Assembly (NCBI GenBank): GCA_964035545.1
Contig: OZ037769.1
Span: 11,748,633-11,812,632 of the forward strand
Source of the DNA: Bugula neritina
Taxonomy: Eukaryota; Animalia; Bryozoa
Length of the DNA stretch: 64,000 bases
Reading direction: 5' to 3'
Part shown: one piece after another, positions 25,434 through 42,400 of the stretch
Numbering within the stretch: position 1 is the stretch's first letter
Layout: each line of letters begins with the position of its first letter
Translations under genes and position numbers: made by a program
Notes under the pieces: model-generated
What the model was told of the DNA's origin: nothing
Seen by the model: only the letters and a program-made list of their open reading frames with translations
The model's database searches: none

Positions 25434-28400
25434 ATGGAGGAGTACATTGCTGAATTAGAGTCACTTTTAGCAAAACACTTGGAAGAAGCAGAAACAACGG
25501 GAAACTGGGTTGACTATGTCAAGGTAAATATAGATATTGTAGTTGAATGAAATTGTCGCTATATAGATACTTATTATATATAGTATGATTTGATTCTGAA
25601 AGATATTGCAATTAACTGTATATATGATTAGGACTGAAATTTAGAATTATAACATAGTTATAATTAATAAATATATTGCTTAGACTTTTCTGTAGACATA
25701 AACAAGTAATGTTTAATATGAAAAGCACGCAGCAAAAATAGTTGCAGCAGAATTAATATACTTTTCGTATCTCCATTAGATACAAGTAAAGTATCTCCAT
25801 GCACTCCTACAAGTCTCTAGTATTTGCTTTATAAAAAACAAGACTGCTTTTAAACTAGAACAGCTTAATATCATATTAAACTAAAACCTCTTCAATAATA
25901 AAACTTAACATGCTCTTCAAATTCCAATGTGTGAAATTTTGGTAAATTAGATAACGCAAAATAAAAAACCTCAGTATAAAAACACAGAAGACTAATTGTC
26001 AAACATTGTCTCACTGATGCATGATGCATATAAATAAGTAAATAATATAGTAAAGATTTTTGGGCCATTTAACACATCAAAAACGTAATTCCAATTAATC
26101 TCTATAGCCTTTTATAAAATATTGTATAACTAAGTATTAATAATTATTGATATTTGTGACATTTGAGATAAATTGTCTTCAGTCACATGGAGTTTCATTA
26201 TTGAACTGAGCTGCGCGTGTGCCATATATAGGCAGTTGTTGTAAGGTCATTGCATGTATATATCAAAGTTACCGACTCAAAGGTCTCTTCTGAGTAGAAA
26301 ATTCTGAGTACATTAACAAGCACATTAATTCCTACTCATGAATGAATGAGTGTGAATGTGCATTTTAGAGATGTCAGTGTGGCATGTTACAGAAATTGAC
26401 TCATGCTTTGTTTATATATCAAACTAAGGTATAATCAGAGTTTTCAGTTGCTAATATGTTTTGAAAACATGGCTAAACTGTAGTTGAACTACAGTCAGTT
26501 AACAGCTGTATAGTATAAAAACTTTACAACGCAAGCAGCTCAGTTCTGCAGAAGTATTAGCAATTCGTGTATTGAAAAAAAAGATGGCGACTGTAGAGGT
26601 AGTTGGAAGTTGACATTTGTAGTCTGGGACAGCAAGGTTGCTTTTGCACAGTGATAGTCACTTCAATATTATTTTTAAAAACAAACTTATAATACTTGAA
26701 ATTAAAAAATTGAGCAAGTTACAACAACATTAACACAATACATGTAATAAACATTAGAAAATATGTAATATTGAGTCGAACATACATAGAATGCGGGGAG
26801 CTACTAAATTGAAACAATAATTAAATTATGACAATTCAATAAAACAAAGGGTAAAATATAAATATACATTAGCTGTAACGCAATTAGTGATTTTAGCCGA
26901 TCAAAGTTTTGCGCAAACTATAGTATTTCAAGATTAAAATAATACTAAAGTGACCTGAAATCTATTCCATTTTACTCACTGTTCTGTTATCAACTTGACG
27001 GTGTGAATGTTTGAGGGAGTTTATATTAGAAAACTCAATAAACTTAAGATTTATTATTTACAGCAGTTTATACCTGTAAATATAAGCAGTTTTCTCTCCT
27101 TTGTGATGTAGAGTCATGGAATAGCAAACCACCTGCAAACCATAGATTCACAAAACAGTCAGAGATACCAAAAAGTCTATGAAATAGAAAACAAATGGTA
27201 CAAAGGAAAACATCCACTCACTTTTACAGAACATCAAGAATTGACAAGAGAACATAAACAACAACTGAAAAAATATCGAGAGAATACAATAGTTAACTTT
27301 GATGGCTTGAATAGTGATGTACAGTTGTTGGACATAGACAATGTGTTTAGTGATACTAATTTAGAAATATCTCATCAGTTGTCTAATAATGTATTTGCGA
27401 GCAGTGAGAAGTGTTCCAAAAAATTTGTAGAGTTTTATAGATCAATAATTAGATCAAGTACAGAGTTGCTTAAAAGGTGTCAAGCCGAGCCACCCTGTAA
27501 TTTTGCTGTAGTTGCACTGGGCTCAGTAGCTCGTGGTGAGGCAACTCCGTATTCTGACCTTGAATATGCATTTCTCATTGAAAATGAGGATGAGAAAGAT
27601 TATTTCACTCAACTGGCTGTTGAGACATATTTTAGAATAACTAACCTCAATGAGTCTCCATTGAAAACCTTTAACATTAAAGTTGAAAATCCTCCCGATT
27701 GTCTCAGTGAGAGCTGTCCAGTTGGATATAGGATAGATGGTCTCACACCAAATGCTGGTAACATACCAACAGGAAATGGAGTGACTAGATCTCTTACATT
27801 TACTGTTGAACAAGCAGTAAAATTGTACAAAGAGGAAGTGATGTCACCATCTGGAGAATTAGCAAGTCTTTCGGATCTGCTCATGACATCACAGTTGATC
27901 TACTGTTCTGATGATGGGGCACAGTTACATCCCAGATTTATGGAAGAAATAGCTACATATGAGAAAGTCACAGCCCAAAAACGCCGTAAAATTAAAGAGA
28001 AAAGGTTGATGAGATTTTTTCTAGATTTAAAAAAGTATGATTTCCTACCAAACTTTGAATTCAAAACTGTTATTGGTTTAGATGTGAAAGTAAAAGAAGA
28101 TATTTTCCGTTACATCACTCTGTTAGCTACTAATCTAAACATTGCCCATTGTCTTCAGCTAAACTTTCCATAGAAAGTTTATGAGGCACTTTATCAGTCT
28201 GGGATAATTTCTAAAGAAAGCCTGAGATACCTTCACATTATCTTGGCACTCTCAGTATACATGAGAACTATGGCATACCTCGCTATGGGAACGCAAAAAG
28301 CTGAAATCTTGCTAAGTACCCCCACTGCTGAAATGAAAAGTGGAAAAGTAAGAAGCAAACACTACTATATACCAAGGAAAATATTTGTGACTTTTGGCTC

Positions 28401-30246
28401 AATACTGATTCCGATAAAACAATCTCTCATATCAAGTATACACAAAGGAAGTAAGCTACTGTTCACATTACAGAGAAAAAGTGTAAGTGAATACCTGAAA
28501 TTAGTAATTCCTAGTGATTTGGTGACAGATAAAAATGATTATATGACAATCTGTGAAGTATTGTGTTATGTTCAAGACTCAAAAACAGCCTTTACGTACA
28601 TATCTGCTGGTTCAGGTGCTGATATCAGGACTGTAAGTTATAAACAGTTTGTGAAACTTATACGATTGAAATACAACATAAGCAAATCAGACTATCTAGA
28701 AGAAAAATATTTAGAAATGTGTTGTTTTTTGCTAATTATTAGTGATCATGATAGTAGTGCTATAGACTACTTGGGTGAGTTAATCAGTTATCATACAGAT
28801 AGATTTACCATACTGCATTATAAGAGGATGATAGCTGGCTGTATAAACAAGCTGAGCAAATATGAATCAGCTAGGAATTTTCTCATCCAGATAAAGTCTA
28901 TGCTAGAAGAAGAGTTTATGACAGACAAAACTACATCTCTCACTGAGCATATCCTAAGAAAGGTAGCAGCTTCCACTGAATTGCCAGAGGATATGCTATG
29001 CAAGTTTCAATTCACATCTTCTCTCTACCAATCACTAGGTGAAACAAACTATCACTCAGCCAATCTTGCTGAAGCTGAATTTTACTGGAGGCACTCTCTT
29101 TTTATTCACAGACTATTGTCAGATAAGAACTTTTCAGATAGTGCAAAAGAACAGAAGGTGATGGAATCAAAAATTTTGCGGAGCCTGGGACTTGTGCATA
29201 AACTTAAAAATGACAACAGTGCAGCATTAAAATATTTCACCAAATCAATAAAGATGACAAAAGCTGTTTATGGTGAACATACAAACAACCCTAGAATAGC
29301 TGTCAGCTATGGTGATATCGGAAATGCCCACAAACGACTAGGTAACTATGACACAGCCCTAGAATATTGCGCCAAGTCTATGGAGATGACGAAAGCTGTT
29401 TATGGTGAACATACAAACCACTCTATTATAGCCATCAGCTATGGTAATATTAGTGATGTACACAGAGAACTAGGTAACTATAACACAGCACTAGAATATT
29501 CCACAAAATCAATAGAAATGATGAAAGCTGTTTATGGTGAACATACAAACCACTCTAGGATAGCTATCAGCCATGGTAATATTGGTAGTGTGTACAAAAA
29601 AATAGGTAACTATGACACAGCACTAGAGTATTACACAAAGTCCATGGAGATGCTGAAAGCTGCTTATAGTAAAGGTTCAGCACATCCAGATCTTGTAACT
29701 GTAATCTCTTCCATAATAGACATCTATTTAGAATACAAAAGATATGAAAACTGTTTGCCCCTTTGTTATGCTCCTGTATTGAGTAATTAATGTCTGTCTA
29801 AAGTCCTCAACAGAATATCTGCGGATTACATCAGATCATCAAACTACAGAAGAGCTGCTCAGTTTCTGCAGATTGCTATTTCTAAAGCTGCTGATCATAG
29901 CATGCAGCAGGCTCACAACTACCACCAGATGGGTAGATGTTACATGCTGATGTCATCATACAAGAAGAGTTGGTGTTGGTTGTACTCTGCTCTTTGTCTG
30001 TATCAGTCCTTTTCTAAAACCAGAGAAGTCATTTTGTCTCTTGGTAACGTTCACATGTCCATATCCCATCTACTTCTACTCACTGGTCATGTGACTCAGT
30101 CTCTTGAACATTGTCAAAGATCTCTTGACTACTTTAACAATTTTTCTGGTGTCCAAACAAACCCTGCTGTCAAAAATTTAAAGACACACCTTCTACAACT
30201 CACTGAGTCTTTGCACCTTTTTAAAATCTTAACTAATCACTTCTAA
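25434..30246 (+). pseudogene. Nucleotidyltransferase-TPR gene copy A, join(25434..25523,27112..30246), two in-frame nonsense codons
   Basis: Exon MEEYIAELES...DYVK with a phase-0 GT donor at 25524 and an AG acceptor ending at 27111. LGSVARGEATPYSDLE NTase motif. Stops TAG 28171-28173 (Trp in copy B) and TAA 29788-29790 (Gln in copy B), with no frameshifts. Four repeat linkers at 132-nt spacing (29269, 29401, 29533, 29665). Probable 5'UTR exon at ~24917-25010. Confidence 0.85.
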
Positions 30247-31921
30247 CAGAAATGCTCACCACACACTCTATATTCTACACAAATTTAAAAATAGAATTTG
30301 CCCTTCCTTGGTCGACATATTCGTCTTTTTTGTATCTTGTGTCAACCCTGCATGTGTTGTGATGCTTTTAGCCTGCAAGGTTATGTCATCAGTTCTTTAG
30401 TTGTCGATTCTGGTTTCACAAATACATGTATAGAAATATGGCACTTTCATCGGAATAGTTTTTGGCTCTATTTTTGCATACATGTAGATTTATTATGAAT
30501 AATAATGATTATAATTCTTTAGCTTCCTGTGTTGTTTTACTACTTCTAATACATTAAACTATACCCTGAGAGGGCAGTTTTGGTTCGTCTTACATAATTC
30601 AACTTTGAAACTTGGTTATACTGACTTCTGCATTACTTTGAAAATTATCTATTGGTAAGACTTGGTTTATGTTACACAACTTTATATTATTGTATGCTTT
30701 ACTATATGTTGCGTATCTTACCCACAATGCATTTGGTAATTGTAACCAACTTCCTGACTATATCAAGAGCTAGAACATTTTCTTATTAAAATAGTATTTA
30801 CACCTTTGGGGCTCAGTGTTTGTCTTTTCCAGTTATCATTCATCATTTCAGCAAATTTTATCTTTAACAATATTCTATTTATGATGTATTTTATATCACA
30901 TTTTGTTTGAAATCAATTTTGAAATTCCGAAAGTTTTTTTAGTTTCATAAAATTTATTTTCATGGTAATTTTTATAACGATTTTCTTACAATATTGTGTT
31001 AGTATGTATTTAATAGTATAAATAAAAATATTTTTTATGTTATGCAAACATTATTCATTTCAAAATTAGTTTGAATTTAAATCTGGCTCTTCATAGCAGA
31101 TGTGTCCCAAAACATGATATTTAAACATTTTCTGGACACAAGTAACAGGTTAAAACATATCTGAACAGTGTGAAGATACAAGCAACAAAAATTACCTATA
31201 TATTATTGTAATGTTTTTAATTGCCGTTATATTTTCTTCTACTGTTATTTTTTGATTAAATTGAAAATTTAATTTAATCAACCGCCTCTCCGGTGTTGCA
31301 ATAGCTTTTTGGCAGCTTTCCAAAAAATTATTGTGTAACGAAAACTATTTGTGAAAGCGTTCACGATAGCTATTTACTGACAGTTTTTGGTAGATGAGAG
31401 AGTGTAGCTCAGTTTTCCTCCTGTTAAAGATGCAGGCAATCTACACTTAATTGTCAAAATAATTGTTACAGTAAAGTATGAGTACAAGTAAAGTACAGTA
31501 AAGTACGAGTAGAAGTATGAGTACAAGTATAATGAGTATGAGTCTAAGTAGAAATGAAGTCTAACTTAGAAAATATACTGTTGGCAATAGACAAAAATAG
31601 AGTTGTGACCTGCATATGTGTCCTCCATTCATTCACCCTTCATTAAGTGAACCACAATAGGCCCTACATAGGCATCCGTGCCAAGCAGCATCCGTGCTGA
31701 CGCAGCAACAATTATCAGCTGATACCGTAACAACTATCGGCTGTCACAATTATTATATTGTATATATACATACGCTGCCAACCACAGAAACTTTTTTTGT
31801 ACTATTCTGATATCAACATTATTTGCTCCAAAAAAGCTATACAAAGAAAAATTAATAAATTAAGTTGATAAAATCAAAAATTTTTACAATAACTTAAGGT
31901 ACATGTTTTGATTCACATTAA

Positions 31922-32080
31922 ATTGCACTGATTATTCATATAATAATATACCCAAAGAGTATGCAGTACATACATTACACTGGTTATTCATATAATAATA
32001 TACCCAAAGAGTATACAGTACATAAATTACACTGGTTATTAATGTAATAATATAGCCAGAGAGTGTACAATATTTACATC
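31922..32080. repeat. ~52-bp tandem repeat (3 units) in the 3' flank of copy A
   Basis: attacactggttattcatataataatatacccaaagagtatacagtacata units. The paralogous units lie at ~50797-50852 and ~60466-60520. Confidence 0.8.
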
Positions 32081-32160
32081 ACATGAATGTAAGCATATAC
32101 AAACCACATATTTCATGTACATTCATAGAAAAGATACTCTATAAATTTACCCATGTTATA

Positions 32161-34864
<2,704 letters not shown>

Positions 34865-36273
34865 CATTATGAAGCTATAACTATGACACAATACGTATAC
34901 ACAGTATTTGTTGTTATAAAATGAATAAGCTAATCAAATTTGTGATTATCCAAACCTGAAAAAACTTTAACGAAAAATTCATGTGAATAATAAACGCTAT
35001 TTGTATGGTGCATTGAAAAGCTACTGATGGAAGAAAACTGTGTACATGCATGTGTTATATCTTGCTAGGAATCTAAGGCTATATGCTATAAGAGTAGTGC
35101 TATAAAACAAATAGTATACAAATATGTGTATATAAGGAGGTAGTTCCACATGCATAAGCTTGCACTGTTCATTTTGGCTTCCTGCCAACAAGTCTTATTT
35201 ATATAATATTATTTTCTATGCAAACTTTAAACAAACAGTTGAATATATTATATCATTTTATTCACCTTTTGTAGCTACAGTTTTTATAACTGCATGTGTG
35301 AAAATAGTTTAAAAGGCAATTTCATTTTCAAATCTTCACATGCATGAAAATTATATAATTAGGTTCATATAATTGTGTTCTTTGATAACCAATGAAATAG
35401 AAATACTAGTGAATAACAACTTGAGTTGCTATTTGCTTATGTCTGCTTGATTTAATATCTCAATACTTTCTATATACTCTATTATGCATTGTATATTAGA
35501 CTCTGTTATTTAACCCATTAACACAAGTGTTATTCTCACAGAATGTTGAATACATAGAGACTGTTGAAGGCTACAGAGTCAGTGGACTTCTAAATAGATA
35601 TAAGTTATACATTTCTGTATTGAAAGATCAGTATTAAATCAAGTGATAATTGTATTAAGCTACTACTTTATGAGGATATACTACATTTTAATCTTTTGAA
35701 TGGTAATCTAGCTGCTATCATTATGATATGTGTATGTATGCACTGCCTTGAAGATGCTTGTGATATGTATACTATGCATGACTATTAGTTATAGTTAGAT
35801 CTATATATTTTATTACAGAGCTATTGTTTTACAGAGTTCGTAACTATATGGTAACATTGTACTTATTTACAATGAAGAAGAGAAAGCTAAAAGCTTCTCG
35901 AAACACAACGAAACACAAAGCATAACTGCTTTAAAGGTAAGGATATAATATGGTTTATATACTATAAGGCATTTAGTTATAGTATAATTATGTATAGTAG
36001 AATATTTTATATAATATATTCAAAGCCAACATAAAAATATGCTTGATGGTGTTGTGATTTCAGAATGTATGTTTATGGCTATGAATATATACGTATTATT
36101 ATTATTAGCGTTTTAATATGATATAATTTTGTGAGGTCGATTGGAACATTTTTAAAAGTTGATCAATTACTTTTTAATTTTGTTGTTGTGAAGATTGAGG
36201 AACATTTTTGCAACGTTGAAGTTCAGTATAGACCTGCACAACAATAAAAAAATGCACATTTGCATGAGAGCTC

Positions 36274-36313
<40 letters not shown>

Positions 36314-36451
36314 ATATTTTAATACTATAATTAGATATATTGTTCTATTAATTGAATTTATATATTGGATAGTGTACCATGACAATGCTTTATATTATTA
36401 AAAACAAACTTTATCATTCCAATACTCAGGTACAACACAACATGGTGAATC

Positions 36452-39400
36452 ATGGAGGATTACATTGCTGAATTAGAGTCACTTTTAGCAAAACACTTGG
36501 AAGAAGCAGAAACAACAGAAAACTGGGTTGACTATGTCAAGGTAAATATAGATATTGTAGTTGAATGAAATTGTCGTTATATAGATACTTATTATATATA
36601 GTATGATTTGGTTCTGAAAGATATTGCAATTAACTGTATAATTATGACTGAAATTTAGAATTATAACATAGTTATAATTAATAAATATATTACTTAGACT
36701 TTTCTGTAGACATAAACAAGTTTTGTGTAATATGAAATAGTTGCAGCAGAATTAATACCTTTCATAGCTCCATTAGATACAAGTAAAGTATCTCCATGCA
36801 CTCCTACAAGTCTCTAGTATTTGTTTTATAAAAGACAAAACTGCTTTTAAATTAGAGCAGCCTAATTTTATCACTAAACTAAAACATATTCCGTAAAAAA
36901 ACTAAACATACTCTTCAAATTCTTTTGTGTGAAATTTTGGTAAACTAAATAACACAAAATAAGAAACCTCAGTACAAAAACACAGAAGATTAATTCTCGA
37001 ACATTGTCTTACTGATGCCATGATGCATATAAATAAGTAGATATTATAGTAAAGATTTTTGGGGCCATTTAACACATCAAAAAAGTAATTCCATAGAATC
37101 TCTATAGCCTTTTATAAAATATTGTGAAACTAAGTATTAATAATAATTGATATTTGTGACATTTGTGATAAATTGTCTTCAGTCACATGGAGTTTCATTA
37201 TTGAACTGAGCTGCGCGCATGCCATATATAGGCAGTTGTTGTAAGGTCATTTCATGTATATATCAGAGTTACCGACTCAGAGGTCTCTTCTGAGTAGAAA
37301 ATTCTGAGTACATTAACAAGCACATTAATTCACACTCATGAGTGAATGAATGTAAATGTGAATTTTAGAGATGTCAGTGTGGGATATACATCAAACTAGG
37401 GTATGATTAGAGTTTTTCAGTTGCTAACATGTTTTGAAAACATGGTTAAACTGTAGTTGAGATACAGTCAGTTAACAGCAGTAGTATAAAAACTTTAAAA
37501 TGCAAGCAGCTCAGTCCTGCAGATGTATTAGCAATTCGTATATTGAAAAAAGATGGTGACTGTAGGAGTTGTTGGAAATTGACACTTGCATGTAGTGTGA
37601 GAGAGCAAGGTTGCTGTTGCACAGTGATAGTCACTTCAATATCAATTTCAAAAACAAATTTATAATACTTGAAATTAAAAAATTGAGCAAGTTACAACAA
37701 CATTAACATAATACATGTAATAAACATTAGAAAATACGAAATATACTGAGTCGAACATATATAAAAGGAGGAGAGCTACCAAATTTAAACAATAATTGAA
37801 TAATGATAATTCAGCACAACAAAGGGTAAAATATAAATTTACAGTAGCTGTAACGAAATTGGTGATCTCAGCCTATCAAAGTTTTGCGCAAATTATAGTA
37901 ATTCAAGATTAAAATAACACTTGTAATGGATTTTGCATGTACTTGTTTCCGGTTGCCGAGATCGACATTTCGGGCTACCGAAAGCCCGAAGTGCCGAAAT
38001 TCGGTGTTTCGGACCTCCGATCTCGGCAACAAAGGGAAAGCACTGTATCTTGTTGTATATAAAAGCCAGCGAGCTCCAGTGTAGTTCAGTCTACTACTGG
38101 AGCTCACTGGCAGAGGACCTTCACTATATTATATCATTCGATTAAATAAAGATTTCTTCACCTTTACAATACATCTTGTTCTCTCTAACAAAGAGTATGT
38201 TCAGGCACTAGTTCTATTCAACCCACAAAAATATCACATTGGTGGCAGCGGTGGGATTTTGAATAACTAGTTCCCAAAGGGGAACGAGATGGCTCCGCCA
38301 GGGGAAACAGCCCCTGGGGCAACGGAGACGGAGACACCAACCCTCACGGTAGAGGCTTTGGTTGCAGCCCTCCAGGGATTGCGGGAGCCAAGTCAGGCGC
38401 CACCTGGTGACAGGTACCGCCTCAAGCTCCCGAATTCCGGAGGGGAGGAGGATGTGGAGCAGTTCATCCGCGAGTTCGAAGATGTGGCCACCATCGCTGA
38501 ATAGCCAGCCCCGGTGCGCATACTTCAACTCCGGTCCTGTTTGACAGGCCAGGCGAAGAGCTTTGCTCTTAGGCCTGATGAAGCCCATATCCTGCGGGCC
38601 CTCAGGGCCCGATTCGGCCGGACATCCGAAGAGGCTGTGGATCGCCTACAGGCACTGAGGCGAAACCGCAAGACGACGTTAGAAGAGCATGCCAACACGG
38701 TGGAACGGTTGGCCCAGGCTGCTTACAGCCACGCCACAGGTACAGAGAGGAAGCGCCTGGTGTACAACGCATTCTTTAAAAGCGTCAACGACTCTGGCCT
38801 GCAGCGCTACTGGCTGGCCGCCAAAGTTCGCACCTTGAAAGAAGCCCTGGAGATGGGCAAGTCATATTTCCAGGTGGAAGGGCTCCAAAAGAGGAGCTTC
38901 ACCGCACACCAGGTAGCCGAGGGGAACCCAGAGGACGCCACACCCGTAACTCCACAAGTGTCGGCAGCAACGACTCCGTCGCCAGAACAGGCGCAGCTCG
39001 CCGTGTTAGTAGACATGATGAAGGGTCTACAGGCTACGGTAACCGAACTACAACAAAACCAGGCGGATAGGCGGGCTCCCTGAATATGGGACGACCCTGT
39101 CCGCCCCTCGCAGCTTACCTGCTGCGGATGTGGAGCGTCTGGGCATGTGAAGAGACATTGCCCCAAAGGTAGCTTGCCTTTAAACAACCAAGGCTCACAG
39201 TAACTTCCGCCGACCGTGGGCCCCCAGCCAACCCCATTCGGGGGAGGGGTCAGGGAATGACCAAGAAGACCCCTACAGCGTCTGACGAGATGGGATGGCA
39301 GAGACCTCGGAGATCTCGGAAACCAAAAGGTTTACCCGATCCTCCGGTCATGCCACTCAACACCCGGATGGAGTCAGAAGACGTAGGATGGCAGGCACCT

Positions 39401-42400
39401 CGGAGATCTCGGAGACCGCAAGGTCTACCCGATCCTCCGGCCTGGCCACTCCATAACCGGTTCGCGGGGTTGCCCGAGGAAGTCAAGGAGGAGGACTCAG
39501 CTTACTCGCAAGAGTACCCCAAGCTGCCCTCCCGACCTCAGAAAACCCCCGTTGTCTCTAAGACAACGAGGAGGCCCGCTGTGCGGACCCAAGTTGTGTC
39601 TCTCCCAGAGACTAACCGCTCCGGGAGCACCCAACCGTATGGAAGCAGCTACTTCCTACCCGGAAAAATTTCGGGTAAAGCTGCCACATTCCTACTGGAC
39701 ACTGTGTGCACTACAAATCTGCTGAGTAGGTGTCTCTTTGACACTCTTGGTGCCCGAGAGCGGGCGAGCCTCGAGCCGTATGAAGGTGCGCGGACGGATC
39801 ATGCATTCCCTTCTACGGCATCCTTTCACTGCCTGGACGCATCCGTGATCAAGCAATTTACGGGACGTTCATAGTCAGCCAGCTGAAGGAGGACGCCATC
39901 CTGGGAATGCCGTTTCTGGAGAAACACCAGTGTCACATGGATTTCCAGAAGTCAGTGGTGGTAATGGCTGAGAAGGAACTTGTCTGTGTTGACAAGTTCG
40001 CCAGGCCCTTGGTGGGCGGAGTCCAGGTAGTGCGGGACTGCACAGTTCCGGGAAGATCCCAGGCGACTCTTCGCTGCAGAGTCAACTGCAAGGAGATCGC
40101 TGACCTGGGGGTGGTTGAGGGAACGCACGGAGCGATCCGACTAGCAAACAGCCTGAATCGGCTAGACTGTCGGCAAGAGCTCCTCGTGCAGTGTATCAAC
40201 CCCTTCACGGAACCTGTCCGATTATCGGCCGGAGCGCTGGTGGGGAAGTACCACTCCATCCAGGACGCGGATGTGGGTCCGGCACTGGAAACAGTGGCCG
40301 ATACCCAGGGAAACCCCCCTCGCACCAGCCAAAGAGCAGTCCCGGAGCATATGGCTGACCTGTACGATGGAGCGTGCGGCAACTGTACGAGTAGTACTGA
40401 ACGCCAAGTACTGGCTCAACTACTCGCGGAGTACAGTGATGTCTTCAGTCGTGGTGATGAAGACATGGGGCTGACTAAGGTTATCTCTCACAAGATACCC
40501 CTGGCAGCCGGCACCACTCCCATCAGGCAGCCCACCCGGCGTCTAGGCCCGGAGAAAGAGAAGGAGATGAGCCGACAGGTGCAAGATCTTCTCGACCGGG
40601 ATCTGATTGAGCCTGCCCACGGTGCGTGGAGCTCTCCAGTAGTCCTGGTCAAGAAGAAGGACGGTAGCTGGAGGTTCTGTGTGGACTACCGCAGACTCAA
40701 CAGCGTTACCATCTAAGACGCCTACCCTCTCCCACGGATAGATGAGTCTCTGGATGCCCTCGCGGGTAGCAAGTACTTCAGTACTTTGGATCTGCTTAGC
40801 GGGTACTGGCAAGTGCCCCTCAGTCCTGATGCCCAGGGCAAAGCAGCATTTATTACTCGCGACGGGCTCTGGAAGTGGAAAGTACTGCCATTTGGACTAA
40901 CGTCCGCCCCGGCAACTTTCCAACGGCTCATGGAGCAGGTCCTCAGTGGATTACACTGGAAGACCTTCCTCATCTATCTGGACGACGTCATTGTCATCTC
41001 CCCAAACTTTTCGACTCATGTCAGTCGTCTGCGGGAGGTCTTTGACTGTCTCCGGGCAGCTGGACTGAAGCTGAAGCCCTCCAAATGTGCACTCCTGCAG
41101 CCGGAAGTCACGTACCTTGGCCATGTGGTTGGCCGGGATGGGGTCGCTACTGACCCAGAGAAGGTACAGGCTGTGAAGGAGTGGGCTGTCCCCCGTGACC
41201 TCCCTGAGTTGCGCGCATTCCTGGGCCTAGTAGGGTACTACCGGCAGTACATACCTGGCTTCGCAGGAGTGGCTCAGCCGTTAAACCGGCTGACCGCAAA
41301 GGGGGTCCAGTGGCAGTGGACGCAGGAGGAGCAGCAAGCATTTGACCACCTCAAGCAACAGCTAATGGAGGCGCCAATTTTGGCGTATCCTGATCCAGCC
41401 AAGGAGTACATCCTGGACACCGACGCCAGCGACCACAGCGTGGGAGCTGTCCTGTCTCAAGTCCAGGGTGGAAGTGAGGTGGTCATGGCTTACTACAGCA
41501 AGACTCTCGCGGCCGCCGAGAAGAACTACTGCACCACTAGGAAGGAACTCCTAGCAGTAGTCAAGGCGGTCAAGCACTTTTGGCCATATCTGTATGGGAG
41601 AACGTTCCGTTTGCGAACAGACCATGCATCACTGATATGGTTGTGTAAACGTGCAGAGCCCTCGAGCCAGGTAGCTTGTTGGCTAGAGATTCTTGCTGAG
41701 TTTTCTTACCGGATAGAGCACCGTGCTGGCCGGAAGCACGGGAACGCCGACGGCATGAGCCGCCGGCCGGTAGAGGACTGTAAGCAATGCCTGCACATTG
41801 AAAAGCGGGACGGGGGACCCGCTCGCCTTGACGTGGAAACAGAGTTAGAGGAAGGCGCCGTCTACCGGTGGGAGCACGGCCATCTTCGGCCCAAAACCTA
41901 CTCAGACGACGTCCAGGCGCTCCACGCCAACCCCACTCTGTACCAGAATGTCAAGGAGCTGTGCCGACTCCAGGAGACGCTACCCGGCGCGGTAGCAGAC
42001 ATTTTCCAGGCCAAGAAGGAGGGCGGACGACCTAGCGAGGAACAGCAGCGGCAGGGAGACGTTGAGTTCCAACTTCTCTGTCGTCGCTGGGATGCCCTCA
42101 AGGTCAGTCCTGATGGCCTCCTGATGATAGCGTTAGCAGCAGACAACCGTCAACAGGAGAGGGACCGCGTCTTCTGCCCACGCGCCCTCCGACGGGAACT
42201 GATCTGGGACACCCATAAGCAGGCTCATTCTGGAGTCAGTCGGGTCATCAGGTGTCTGCGGCTGCGTTGGTATTGACCCAGAATGACTCGGGACGTACGA
42301 CTGCGGGTACGGCAATGCGAGGTCTGCTAAGCTAGAAAGCATGGCCGCCCCACGGAAACCACTGGTTGACGCCGGCTGTGCGCTGGTCGACCATGGCGGT

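Noticed and set aside
28171-29790. Stop-codon readthrough or recoding in copy A
   Set aside because: Two different stops (TAG, TAA) are each one transition from the Trp/Gln codon of copy B, so ordinary pseudogenisation is simpler.
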